A stretch of DNA of 60,441 bases, counting the filler, from Nemertoderma westbladi (lineage: Eukaryota; Animalia; Xenacoelomorpha): the NCBI GenBank assembly GCA_032718475.1. It is 3 parts of 3 records of this genome, joined end to end, with 100 filler letters (N's around TTAATTAATTAA, not from the genome) between each part and the next. Parts side by side here need not be neighbours in the genome. Positions count along the whole stretch, not along the records: positions 21,081 to 44,109 come from JAUCBJ010000925.1; positions 44,210 to 60,441 come from JAUCBJ010001785.1; 1 more part is not named here. One strand, written 5' to 3'. Below the pieces are notes generated by a model. The model worked only from the letters and a program-made list of their open reading frames with translations. It did no database searches and was not told where the DNA came from. Shown here piece after piece: positions 36,124 through 47,200 of the stretch. A program made the translations under genes and the position numbers. Every line of letters begins with the position of its first letter. Position 1 is the first letter of the stretch.

Positions 36124-37508
36124 AATGTTCAAGCTATGATATTTTGTCAAACTACCCTGTAGTTTTTCAGATTTTCCAAAGGGAATAGTAGATCTAGAGC
36201 TTAAACCAAATATACCATTAGAAATCGTACTATTTGTATATTTACAGTATTTACAGTATTCCAAAAATTTAATTTTTTGGTTTAATTTTGCCTTTTTAGT
36301 TTAAAAAGGTTTAAAAAGGTTTTTTGGTTTAATTTTTTGGTTTAATTTTGGTTAATTTTTTGATTTAATTAATGATTAAAATTTAATCATTATACGTTTC
36401 TACTTGGAACGCATTGTGTTTGGGCATCTTCATTATACTTAAGTACCTATGCAAAAAGTAACCATCGAAATATGAAAATATTTTTTGTAGAATTTCTAAA
36501 ATGTTATTATTTCATATTATATCGGAAGATAACAGAAGTGGGAAAGGTTGACAAAACTTCATCCACTGCTCAACGGCGTCAATGTCTGCACTGCGTACAC
36601 AAATACTATATCATACATTTAATATCAATATTCAATAATGTTACAGGGCTGCACGGCATTTCTGCAGTGTGAATTCCAAAGATAAAGAAATGAGTTATTT
36701 CAACATCAGTCAAAATATTTATTCGGCAGTTAGGCCTACTTAGTTAGATAGGCATTGCAACAGCAACAAAATACATAACCCCAGCAGACAGACAGACGAA
36801 CCTAGTATATATATCTAAATATAAAACCGTACCGGTATCGGCATATCTACACTCCCTGACTCTTTCTAAACATCACCCTTCTATCCCATTCCACAAAAAT
36901 CATACAGTACTATATATGGGTCAATAATAAATAAAATAGGGTGGTCCCCTTATCATATTACACAGTCACCCCGCCAAGAAAATGGTCATCGTCCCTGATG
37001 ATGTAAAAAAAAATACAGTTTTAAAACTATACAAAAACTATATATATAGAAACACTAAAGCATTCTTAAATCACGTCTGATTAGGCTTCAACAAACAAGA
37101 AAAAAAAACTGTGTCTCAGCTTCTATAAAAGTCCGAACACCACTGAAACTTGACAATCGATCTAATTACTAACTGGCCAGGAAAGCAATCTAAACATCGA
37201 TATCAAAAACAGGAAAGAGCATTCAAATTAATGCTACTAATATATCAGTCCACAAACTGAAAGTAACCCTTCTAATTAAGAATATGAAACATTCCAAATT
37301 GAACAACATAGTAAAGCAATATTATTTCAATCGCCATTAAACAAAGATAAATAAAGAAAAAATGCCAACTTTGGGCAATATAAAGATATACAAAAACCTA
37401 AACTTTATAAACAAAAAAATGAACAAGTTTTTAAAAGTTTAACAAACTTAGGGCAGTGAGTGGTAAGGCATATAAGACGGTTGGAGCTGAAAATTATGTA
37501 ACAATGTA

Positions 37509-40500
37509 CTATAATATAACTGGGGAGACAACATAAATAATTGCTGCAGGACTGAATTCAGAACAATAAGTAGGATTGACAGGACAATCGTGCTGCTGAA
37601 CATGGGGGTAATTAATAAAAGCTGGGGAATTTGCAGAAATATACTGCAAATGAGTAACCCCAGGTGACGGTGTTGGTTGATGACTACGCAGTTGATAAGG
37701 ACTTCTTAGTGGATGTTGCCAACGATGTCCACGGCGACGTGCTGCAACATTAGGGTTCTCCAATCCTCGACCTGCACCATTATTACCACACGGTTGAAAT
37801 GGAGAAGCTGCTGGATTCAATTCCGGGGGTAAATGAACAGTAGAGTTCGTTATAATTGAGTCATCAATCTCGGAAATGTTACGGCGAGGAGGTAATAAAC
37901 CGATATATCCCTCATCATCATCAGAACTATCCATAGATTCTGGTTGGATAGGCTTATTATGATGGTTAGGTTTAGGCTTGAGTTGTGTTGTCTTGATGGC
38001 TGGTTTCATATGTTTACCATTGTGAACATGTTGATCCATATTCAAATAATAGCAGGGGAACAACATATTTCTATGAAGAGTTCGTGTTACAGAAGGATTA
38101 GATTCTACAATGACCTCATAGACTGGATTCTCTCCAAAACGTTTTTTGACAATATAAACATCCTTTGACCAGTATGATTGGATCTTTCTATGTGGTTGGT
38201 TGGGCTTTGTAGATTTGACCAAGACACGATCACCAATATCTATATCATGTCCTCTAACACGCTTATTATATTGCTCTGCACCATGGTCACCTCCTTGTTT
38301 ACTATGTTTCTCAGCTAACTTGTATGCTTCAGCCATCGCCTGTTTATACCTATCAGCATACTTTGAAGGTGAAGTCACGTTCTCTTCCTCACTTGTCTCA
38401 CAATCCTGGAAAACCAAATCAATAGGCAGACGCGGTGATCGCCCAAAAAGCAAATAAAATGGAGCAAATCCTGTAGAAGAATGGCGCGTACAGTTATATG
38501 CATGCACCACTTTATTCAGATGCTTGGGCCAATGTACCTTCTCAATGTCAGTTAAATTTCTCAACATGTTAAGTAGAGTTCTATTGAAACGTTCAGTCTT
38601 TCCATCACACATGGGATGATAGGGTGTTGTTCTAGAACGCTTTATACCTGTCATTTCAGCTAAACATTTAAACAGTTTATTATCAAATTCACGTCCCTGA
38701 TCATGCAAGATACGATGCGGGAATCCATAACGAGGTATAAATTCGTTGAAGAGCTTCTCAGCAGCTGTTTTACTTTCCTTATTTCTTGTTGGATAACATT
38801 CAGCATGTCGTGTGAAATGATCTACTAGGACTAGTATGTACTTAAAGCCTGTCTTTTGAGTCTGATTTTCAACTAGCAGAAAATCTAGAGAAATTAATTC
38901 AAATGGTTTAGTAGTATGAATTGAAACCATTGGAGCCCTATCAAGGATGTTTGGACGTCTTCGCTGAAGACATGGACATCTCCTATTGATATATGTTTCA
39001 ACATCAGCTGTCATTCGTGGCCAATAAAAACGATCTCGTATTAAACTCAATGTTCTTTCAACAGCTGGATGGCCCATTTTAACATGTAATTCATCTAATA
39101 CAAAGTCTTTATAGCACCTTGGAAGAACCAACTGCGATGATTGATTAAACTTACGATATAAAAGGCCATTCTTTATAAAAAGCTTGCGAGATTCTTTCAA
39201 CAATAACTTCACATCTGGTTCTATACTCTCGCCAAACTTAGAGTCATCGCCATTTCTTTCCATCTTCTTAAGTACAGGACCAATAACAGGATCTGAAAGT
39301 TGGCTATGTCGCAGTTCATTTAGTGGAATATGATGAAGAGTTTCTCGGTTAATTTCTTGATCATTCAAATCAGTACTATACAATTCAACTGAAATTGGAG
39401 CCACAAACAATTCCTCATAATGTTGTATTGAATCAAGATATGCTTTAAGAAAATCACCTGATAATACTTCTACTTCGCTACTATCAGTAGAATTATTCAA
39501 TAAACTTGGCAATCGTGATAGAAAATCAGCATCAACATTACTCTTACCAGATCTGTAAATAATATCAAAATTAAAATCACTCAATTCTGAAACCCATCGA
39601 AGCCCTGTTGCATTTAGCTTCGCTGTAGACATAACATATACAAGAGGATTATTATCGGTATAAACACTGAACTTTGGAGCATATAACAAGTAATCCCTAA
39701 ATTTCTCAGTGATGAGCCACTTTAATGCTAAAAATTCTAGCTTTCCTGAATGCAAGTGATAGTTTTTCTCAGCCTGGGTCAATGATCGTGAGGCAAAAGC
39801 AATAACGCGCAGCTTATCATCTGCCTGTTTCTGATACAATACTCCTCCAAGCCCATGATTACTAGCATCAGTTGTTATAATAAATGGTTTCTCAAAATCA
39901 GGGTAGGCCATTATTTCAGATCCAACTACTTCATTTACAAGTGAATGTAGTGTCTTTAAATGTTCATTATTTAACTGAATTTTATCACTAGAAAGCCTTT
40001 GGCCTGTCCTTGTCTTCTTAACAGTTTTGTCACCAGTCTTTAATATATCATAAAGATTAGCCACCTTCTGCGCAAAGTTTCGAATAAATCGGCGATAATA
40101 ACTAAGGAAACCTAGCACACGGCGTAGGTCACCTACAGTCTCTATATTCGAATCTTTGATCTTCAATACATCATCTTTAACCATAGGATCTATATAATAT
40201 CCACTGGAACTAACCATAAATCCCAGAAATTTAACTTGATGACGGAACAATATGCATTTCTCTATTTTCAGCTTGGCTCCAACTTCTCGTAATTTCTTAA
40301 ATGCCATCTTTATGGTTTCCAAATGTTGTTCAAAAGTTGTATCATACAACAAAGTATCATCTTGAAATGGGTTACAACATTCATCTCGCATATCCTCAAA
40401 AGTATCCTCCATCTTTCGCTGAAAACAACTAGGACCATTTGAAATTCCAAACGGAATCCGTATCCATTGGTATTGGCCCCATGGAGTTACAAAAGCAGTA

Positions 40501-42059
40501 TAAGGGCGACATTCCTCTTTTACATACCCCTGATGATACGCTTTAGCTTGATCTAATAGAGAGTACCACTGTCGACCTCCCAGATTGTCTAATAAATCCT
40601 GCACTTTAGGTAGTGGATGTTCATCCCTAACCAGTTTCTTATTTAAACCTCGATAATCTACACAAATTCTTAATCCACCACATTTCTTTCTGACACAAAT
40701 AAGTGGAGCTGAGTAAGGAGAGTTAGATTTTTCTACAAATCCCTTTCGTATTAGATCACTCAAATAATCTTTTACTTCCTTATACATATTACGAGGTATA
40801 GACTGATATGATTTCTTAACTGGAATTGAGTCTGTAAGCTTTATGTCCATTTGTAATGAAGGCATATTACCAATATCAAATGAGTCCTTGACAAACAAAT
40901 CTTTATTATCGTGAAGTAGGGAATGGAGAAGGTTTCGTTGATCATCATTCTCAAGCTCCGTTTTTCTTATCACAAATTCAATCTTTTCATCCATAGACAA
41001 TAACTGATCATTTGAATTAGTATGGTCATCTATTGACTCTTTATTTACAGCATAAATCAGAGTATCTTCAGTCTCATCATCAGATTGAAGTAGGTCAACT
41101 GGAAATATTGACTTCACAAAAGAAAGATGTCCAACCACTGTTAATGGTGGTAATCTCTGTACACTTGGGCCATTGTTTTCAATGAGAATTGATATTCTAG
41201 AAAGCAATTTATCTGAATCATCAACTGATACAAGGCCTTCCATAACCACAACATCGGGGATTAATTCAAGAAAATTATCATCCACTTGAAATAACATCAC
41301 ATCATTTGCAATCAATGATTTCAATGAATACAAATTAACCCAATTTCTTCCCGGTTCAATCAATATTGGTTGCTTGTTAGTTCTTGCAGGGACCACAATA
41401 AATTCATTATTAGTATTAGCCTTATTTACAAAATCACTAGCTTGACTAACTGAAATCCCTATCGCAGAAGCAATTGAAGAATTAAACATTGGTCTATTGC
41501 TGTTAACCAATTCCAAATCCTTGCACATTTCCAAATAAACCTCAATAACATTATAACCTATAATTGGTCGAACTAAACCTTTTGTAGTTGCCACTAATAC
41601 TGGAACTTCTAGACAAATGTTTGACACATTAGCAATTTGATTTCCTGGAAAATCCATGAGCCGAAATGGAAGAGGAATCCAACCTAAATAAGGAATTGTA
41701 GAACCATTTGCAGCCCGAATTAAAATTTCAGAATCCAGGAGTTCACTAATTGGTCTTATTGTAATATCATGCATTTTCTCAGCAACCCAAACACTAGATA
41801 CCACACTAACCTGTGCTCCAGAATCCCAAAGAGCCTCAGACTTTACATCACCTAACCAGCATGTTATAGTACATCTATGCCCCACCAACTTTACTAGCCG
41901 ACTACTATTGTTAGCCTCATTGCTACTAGTAACCAGACTACAAAGTTCAATTTCTTCAGCAAAACATGTACAACGTGAAATAATGTCTTTGTTAGGGGAC
42001 TTTGCAAAGTAATCTATGGCCGTTGCCCGTCCCTCGGAAACGGCCGGCTTGAGTTTTCC
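37509..42059 (-). CDS. Gypsy Pol (PR-RT-RH-IN), probably reached by -1 frameshift
   Basis: ALWDSGAQVS protease; RICVDYRGLN, IPFGISNGP, FQDD RT; TDAS RNase H; H-H-C-C and D-D-E integrase; the frame is open upstream of 41888 to the GGAAAAC site at 42053-42059. Confidence 0.95.
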   Translation of the reverse strand, partial: GKLKPAVSEGRATAIDYFAKSPNKDIISRCTCFAEEIELCSLVTSSNEANNSSRLVKLVGHRCTITCWLGDVKSEALWDSGAQVSVVSSVWVAEKMHDITIRPISELLDSEILIRAANGSTIPYLGWIPLPFRLMDFPGNQIANVSNICLEVPVLVATTKGLVRPIIGYNVIEVYLEMCKDLELVNSNRPMFNSSIASAIGISVSQASDFVNKANTNNEFIVVPARTNKQPILIEPGRNWVNLYSLKSLIANDVMLFQVDDNFLELIPDVVVMEGLVSVDDSDKLLSRISILIENNGPSVQRLPPLTVVGHLSFVKSIFPVDLLQSDDETEDTLIYAVNKESIDDHTNSNDQLLSMDEKIEFVIRKTELENDDQRNLLHSLLHDNKDLFVKDSFDIGNMPSLQMDIKLTDSIPVKKSYQSIPRNMYKEVKDYLSDLIRKGFVEKSNSPYSAPLICVRKKCGGLRICVDYRGLNKKLVRDEHPLPKVQDLLDNLGGRQWYSLLDQAKAYHQGYVKEECRPYTAFVTPWGQYQWIRIPFGISNGPSCFQRKMEDTFEDMRDECCNPFQDDTLLYDTTFEQHLETIKMAFKKLREVGAKLKIEKCILFRHQVKFLGFMVSSSGYYIDPMVKDDVLKIKDSNIETVGDLRRVLGFLSYYRRFIRNFAQKVANLYDILKTGDKTVKKTRTGQRLSSDKIQLNNEHLKTLHSLVNEVVGSEIMAYPDFEKPFIITTDASNHGLGGVLYQKQADDKLRVIAFASRSLTQAEKNYHLHSGKLEFLALKWLITEKFRDYLLYAPKFSVYTDNNPLVYVMSTAKLNATGLRWVSELSDFNFDIIYRSGKSNVDADFLSRLPSLLNNSTDSSEVEVLSGDFLKAYLDSIQHYEELFVAPISVELYSTDLNDQEINRETLHHIPLNELRHSQLSDPVIGPVLKKMERNGDDSKFGESIEPDVKLLLKESRKLFIKNGLLYRKFNQSSQLVLPRCYKDFVLDELHVKMGHPAVERTLSLIRDRFYWPRMTADVETYINRRCPCLQRRRPNILDRAPMVSIHTTKPFELISLDFLLVENQTQKTGFKYILVLVDHFTRHAECYPTRNKESKTAAEKLFNEFIPRYGFPHRILHDQGREFDNKLFKCLAEMTGIKRSRTTPYHPMCDGKTERFNRTLLNMLRNLTDIEKVHWPKHLNKVVHAYNCTRHSSTGFAPFYLLFGRSPRLPIDLVFQDCETSEEENVTSPSKYADRYKQAMAEAYKLAEKHSKQGGDHGAEQYNKRVRGHDIDIGDRVLVKSTKPNQPHRKIQSYWSKDVYIVKKRFGENPVYEVIVESNPSVTRTLHRNMLFPCYYLNMDQHVHNGKHMKPAIKTTQLKPKPNHHNKPIQPESMDSSDDDEGYIGLLPPRRNISEIDDSIITNSTVHLPPELNPAASPFQPCGNNGAGRGLENPNVAARRRGHRWQHPLRSPYQLRSHQPTPSPGVTHLQYISANSPAFINYPHVQQHDCPVNPTYCSEFSPAAIIYVVSPVIL

Positions 42060-43252
42060 TGATGCCGAGACTCTCCTAAATTCTTGGCTCTATTCCTGCA
42101 ACCACGAGCATAATGATCTGAGCTGCCACAATGAAAACAATGATCACAATGGACATCATCACCTCCTTCTAAACGTAAACTACATTGCCTACAGCTTCCT
42201 CTATGGACATACATATTCTTAGTTGTAACTGGCTGCCCCTTTTCAGCTCTTCCAAAAAATTGCTTGATGCCTTCAGTTAAAGTACTAACCTGAGCCGTTA
42301 ACAACTGAACATCTTCTCTCAGATTTCCACCATCTTTTTTCACAGTCTTAAGAAGACCAACTGAATGTAATCCTTCAGCTTGTACAGGCTTTCCATCACC
42401 AGTACTAATTTCATTCAAAACAACCTTTGCTGAACCAGAAACTTGTTTGGACAGTTTTGCACTTTTCAATTTTTGCTGTCGCTCAGACTCACGGCATGTC
42501 GACTCATTAAGTGCTTCCAGCAACTCAACCTCAGAAACAACATTTATTAATTCCAGTAGTGGCTTTAGATCACTTCTAACTACCTCATTTGTTAGACCCA
42601 TGTTAATAGTGCGCATAGTTACACGTCTCACCAACTCAATGTCATATTTGAATTGAGCACCATCTTCTTGAGAGGCAAATAGTATCTTTTGCTGTAAATT
42701 GAATACTCGTAGAACAAATGACTGAACATCTTCATTAGCTTCTTGGATTGAATTACACAACTCATGATACACTTCAGTAGGACCTCTCTCACAGTAATGT
42801 GTTCTAATAAATTTACGTAGCTCACCCAGGGTCAATGAATCACGACTTTCTAAGAAACTTCTTAATGGCAAATTCGGGTCAATTGCCTTTATCACACCCA
42901 TTACAATCTCACTGTCAGAGTAACCTTTATCTACAGCTGCTTGAATCTGCTTCAAAAGACTGCAATAAACTAATGTATCTTTAGAATTTCGATCCTTTAT
43001 ACTACCACTTACTTTAAGTTCACGTCTGTTATTTTTAATAAAATCCCGTGAATCCAAAACCTCAGCTTGTAATGTGTTGAACTTACCTGTAAACTTCGAA
43101 CTTAAATCACCAATTGCTGATTCATTAGTTTCCCTTTGAGCTGTAGTTATAGCTGAAAACTGATCTTTCAAGTCACTGATTGTATTTTCATACTGCTGTC
43201 TTTGTGCATTTAAAGCCGCCTGAACAATTGCATCAACCTCTTCACGCTGCAT
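42014..43252 (-). CDS. Gypsy Gag
   Basis: N-terminal coiled coil, capsid-like region, CFHCGSSDHYARGC zinc knuckle; ATG at 43252. Confidence 0.92.
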   Translation of the reverse strand: MQREEVDAIVQAALNAQRQQYENTISDLKDQFSAITTAQRETNESAIGDLSSKFTGKFNTLQAEVLDSRDFIKNNRRELKVSGSIKDRNSKDTLVYCSLLKQIQAAVDKGYSDSEIVMGVIKAIDPNLPLRSFLESRDSLTLGELRKFIRTHYCERGPTEVYHELCNSIQEANEDVQSFVLRVFNLQQKILFASQEDGAQFKYDIELVRRVTMRTINMGLTNEVVRSDLKPLLELINVVSEVELLEALNESTCRESERQQKLKSAKLSKQVSGSAKVVLNEISTGDGKPVQAEGLHSVGLLKTVKKDGGNLREDVQLLTAQVSTLTEGIKQFFGRAEKGQPVTTKNMYVHRGSCRQCSLRLEGGDDVHCDHCFHCGSSDHYARGCRNRAKNLGESRHQENSSRPFPRDGQRP

Positions 43253-43781
43253 TTTAACTAGCAATGTAATGAACTAATCCGTATAGCAAACAGCAAATTT
43301 GTTAGGCTGTAGGCCTGTATTATCTCTAATGGCAGACTGAATCGTAATAGGGAAATAGAACTAGGTAGTTTACACTTTCTGTCTGGTACCGGTACACTTC
43401 AGCACTTCCAACATCTGAAAATCAGCATCAGCAAGTTTAAAAATATCTAACCTCATTATTTATTAGTCGAATTCACATCCACAAATGACCCAATGAGTGA
43501 AAACTTTACAACTTGCAAATCAGATACCGGTATCGGCAATGCAGTAATATATGCCTGACAGGCCTATTTCAGTATTTTCCATTATATCCATCCATACTAC
43601 CATATCCCAATCTGTATACATAACTGATCGTCCAAGGCCAGGCAGCCAGGCTTAATAAGCACAAGAAGTACAAGTACTGCAGTACTGGTTACCGTCACCA
43701 TGCCAAAATCAAATACAGTAGCCAGTCAGTAGCAGCTCCGGTCCGCCGGTACAAAGCACAACAATTTCTGAATTTTGACTG

Positions 43782-43799
43782 ATCTCGTCCGGGTCACCA
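43782..43799 (-). promoter_or_regulatory. Primer-binding site, tRNA-Trp type
   Basis: TGGTGACCCGGACGAGAT 3 nt inside the 5' LTR; 16/18 match to the canonical Trp PBS TGGTGACCCCGACGTGAT. Confidence 0.85.
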
Positions 43800-44109
43800 A
43801 AATGTTACAGGGCTGCACGGCATTCCAAAGATAAAGAAATGAGTTATTTCAACATCAGTCAAAATATTTATTCGGCAGTTAGGCCTACTTAGTTAGATAG
43901 GCATTGCAACAGCAACAAAATACATAACCCCAGCAGACAGACAGACGAACCTAGTATATATATCTAAATATAAAACCGTACCGGTATCGGCATATCTACA
44001 CTCCCTGACTCTTTCTAAACATCACCCTTCTATCCCATTCCACAAAAATCATACAGTACTATATATGGGTCAATAATAAATAAAATAGGGTGGTCCCCTT
44101 ATCATATTA

Positions 44110-44209
44110 NNNNNNNNNNNNNNNNNNNNNNNNNNNNNNNNNNNNNNNNNNNNTTAATTAATTAANNNNNNNNNNNNNNNNNNNNNNNNNNNNNNNNNNN
44201 NNNNNNNNN
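44110..44209. other. Assembly gap with TTAATTAATTAA linker
   Basis: 100-nt N run with the same linker as the first gap. Confidence 0.98.
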
Positions 44210-47200
44210 GTTGTCACTGGTAGTTGTTGAACTGGTAGTTGTTGTCACTGGTAGTTGTTGTCACTGGTAGTTGCTGTCACTGGTAGTTGTTGAGCTGGTA
44301 GTCGTTTTCACTGGTAGTTGTTGAACTGGTTTTTGTTGAACTGGTAGTTGCTGTCACTGGTAGTTGTTGAGCTGGTAGTCGTTTTCACTGGTAGTTGTTG
44401 GACTGGTAGTTGTTGTCACTGGTAGTTGTCACTGGTAGTTGTTGTCACTGGTAGTTTTTTCACTGGTAGTTGTTGTCACTGGCAGTTGTTGTCACTGGCA
44501 GTTGTTGTCACTGGTAGTTGCTGTCACTGGTAGTTGTTGTCGCTGGTAGTTGCTGTCACTGGTAGTTGCTGTCACTGGTAGTTGTTGAGCTGGTAGTTGT
44601 TGTCACTTGTAGTTGTTTTCACGAGTAGATATTGTCACTGGTAGTTGTTGTCACTGGTAGTTGCTGTCACTGGTAGTTGTTGAGCTGGTAGTAGTTGTCA
44701 CTGGTTGTATTTTTCTCTGGTAGTTGTTGTCACTGGTAGTTGTTGTCACTGGTAGTTGCTTTCACTGGTAGTTGTTTTCACGGGTAGTTATTGTCACTGG
44801 TAGTTGTTGCCACTGGTAGTTGTTGTTACGGTACTTTTGCACTTTAGGTCCCCACCCCTAGATTTTTTTTTTTGAAGAGTTCTAGAACAATAGAAAAGTA
44901 TTATATACTATTCTAGAACATAAATAAAATATAAAATATAATGTTCTAGAACATATAGCTAGGTTTTTTTTTAATTTCAAAATAGCTAGTAAAATTTAAA
45001 AAAATATCCAATTCGGTAGATACATTTTCTAATAAATAAATAAATTTTTTGTATTACTAGCTATTTTAAATTTGAAAAATAACTAGCTATATGTTCTAGA
45101 ACATTATATTATTTGTATTATTTATGATCTAAAATAGTGTATAATACATAATATTACCGGTACATAAATAAAATAAAAAATAATGATGTTCTAAAACATA
45201 TAGCTAGTTTTTTAAAATTTTAAAATAGCTAGTAAATTTAACAAATAATACAATTTGGTACTGGTGGACGAACTAGCTATATGTTCTAGAACATTATATT
45301 ATTTGTATTATTTATGATCTAAAATAGTGTATAATACATAATATTACCGGTACATAAATAAAATAAAAAATAATGATGTTCAAAACATATAGCTAGTTTT
45401 TTAAAATTTTAAAATAGCTAGTAAATTTAACAAATAATACAATTTGGTACTGGTGGACGAATGTTTTAATAATAATATGCATAAAAAACACACACAAAAA
45501 AAATCTAGGGGTGGGGACCTAAAGTGCAAAAGTACCGTTGTTACTGGTAGTTGTTGTCACGGGTTGTATTTTTCACTGGTAGTTGTTGTCACTGGCAGTA
45601 GTTGTCACTGGTAGTTGCTGTCACTGGTAGTTGTTAAGCTGGTAGTAGTTGTCACTGGTTGTATTTTTCTCTAGTAGTTGTTGTCACTGGCAGTTGTTGT
45701 CACTGGTAGTTGCTGTCACTATGGTAGTTGTTGAGCTGGTAGTTGTTTTCACAGGTAGTTATTGTCACTGGTAGTTGTTCTCACTGGTAGTTGTTTTCAC
45801 GGGTAGTTGTTGTCACTGGTAGTTGTTGCCACTGGTAGTTGTTGTTACTGGTAGTTGTTGTCACTGGTTGTATTTTTCACTGGTAGTTGTTTTCACGGGT
45901 AGTTGTTGTCACTAGTAGTTGTTGCCACTGGTAGTTGTTGTTACTGGTAGTTGTTGTCACTGGTTGTAGTTTTCACTGGTAGTTGTTTTCACTGGTAGTT
46001 GTTGTCACTGGTAGTTGCTGTCTCTGGTAGTTGTTGAGCTGGTAGTTGTTGTCACTGGTAGTTGCTGTCACTGGTAGTTGTTGAGCTGGTAGTTGTTGCA
46101 GATAGTTGTTGTCACTGGTAGTTGTTGTCACTGGTTGTTGTTGTCACGGGTAGTTGTTTTCAAGGGTAGTTGTTGTCACTGGTAGTTGTTGCCACTGGTA
46201 GTTGTTGTTACTGGTAGTTGTTGTCACTGGTAGTTGCTGTCACTGGTAGTTGTTGAGCTGGTAGTTGTTGTCACTGGTAGTTGCTGTCACTGGTAGTTGT
46301 TGAGCTGGTAGTTGTTGCAGATAATTGTTGTCACTGGTAGTTGTTGTCACTGGTTGTTGTTCTCACTGGTAGTTGCTGTCTCTGGTAGTTGTTGAGCTGG
46401 TAGTTGTTGTCACTGGTAGTTGTTGTCACTGTTAGTTGTTGTCACTGGTAGTTGTTGTCACTGGTAGGTGTTTTCACGGGTAGTTGTCGTCACTGCTAGT
46501 TGTTGCCACTGGTAGTTGCTGTTACTGTTATTTGTTGTCACTGGTTGTATTTTTCACTGGTAGTTGTTGTCACTGGCAGTTGTTGTTACTGGTAGTTGTT
46601 GTCACTGGTAGTTGCTGTCACTGGTAGTTGTTGAGCTGGTAGTTGTTGTCACTGGTAGTTGCTGTCACTGGTAGTTGTTGAGCTGGTAGTTGTTGTCACT
46701 GGTAGTTGCTGTCACTGGTAGTTCTTGAGCTGGTAGTTGTTGCAGATAATTGATGTCACTGGTAGTTGTTGTCACTGGTTGTTGTTCTCACTGGTAGTTG
46801 CTGTCTCTGGTAGTTGTTGAGCTGGTAGTTGTTGTCACTGGTAGTTGTTGTCACTGTTAGTTGTTGTCACTGGTAGTTGTTGTCACTGGTAGTTGTTTTC
46901 ACGGGTAGTTGTTGTCACTGCTAGTTGTTGCCACTGGTAGTTGCTGTTACTGTTATTTGTTGTCACTGGTTGTATTTTTCACTGGTAGTTGTTGTCACTG
47001 GCAGTTGTTGTCACTGGTAGTTGCTGTCACTGGTAGTTGTTGAGCTGGTAGTAGTTGTCACTGGTTGTATTTTTCTCTGCTAGTTGTTGTCACTGGCAGT
47101 TGTTGTCACTGGTAGTTGCTGTCACTGGTAGTTGTTTAGCTGGTAGTTGTTGTCACTGGTAGTTGTTTTCACGGGTAGTTGTTGTCACTGGTAGTTGTTG

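Larger units (their letters stand above)
36639..44109 (-). mobile_element. Full-length Ty3/Gypsy LTR retrotransposon
   Basis: LTRs 36639-36962 and 43803-44109 (the latter cut by the gap about 2 nt before its end); PPT-like GGCGGGGTG before the 3' LTR; tRNA-Trp-type PBS; intact gag and pol. Confidence 0.97.
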
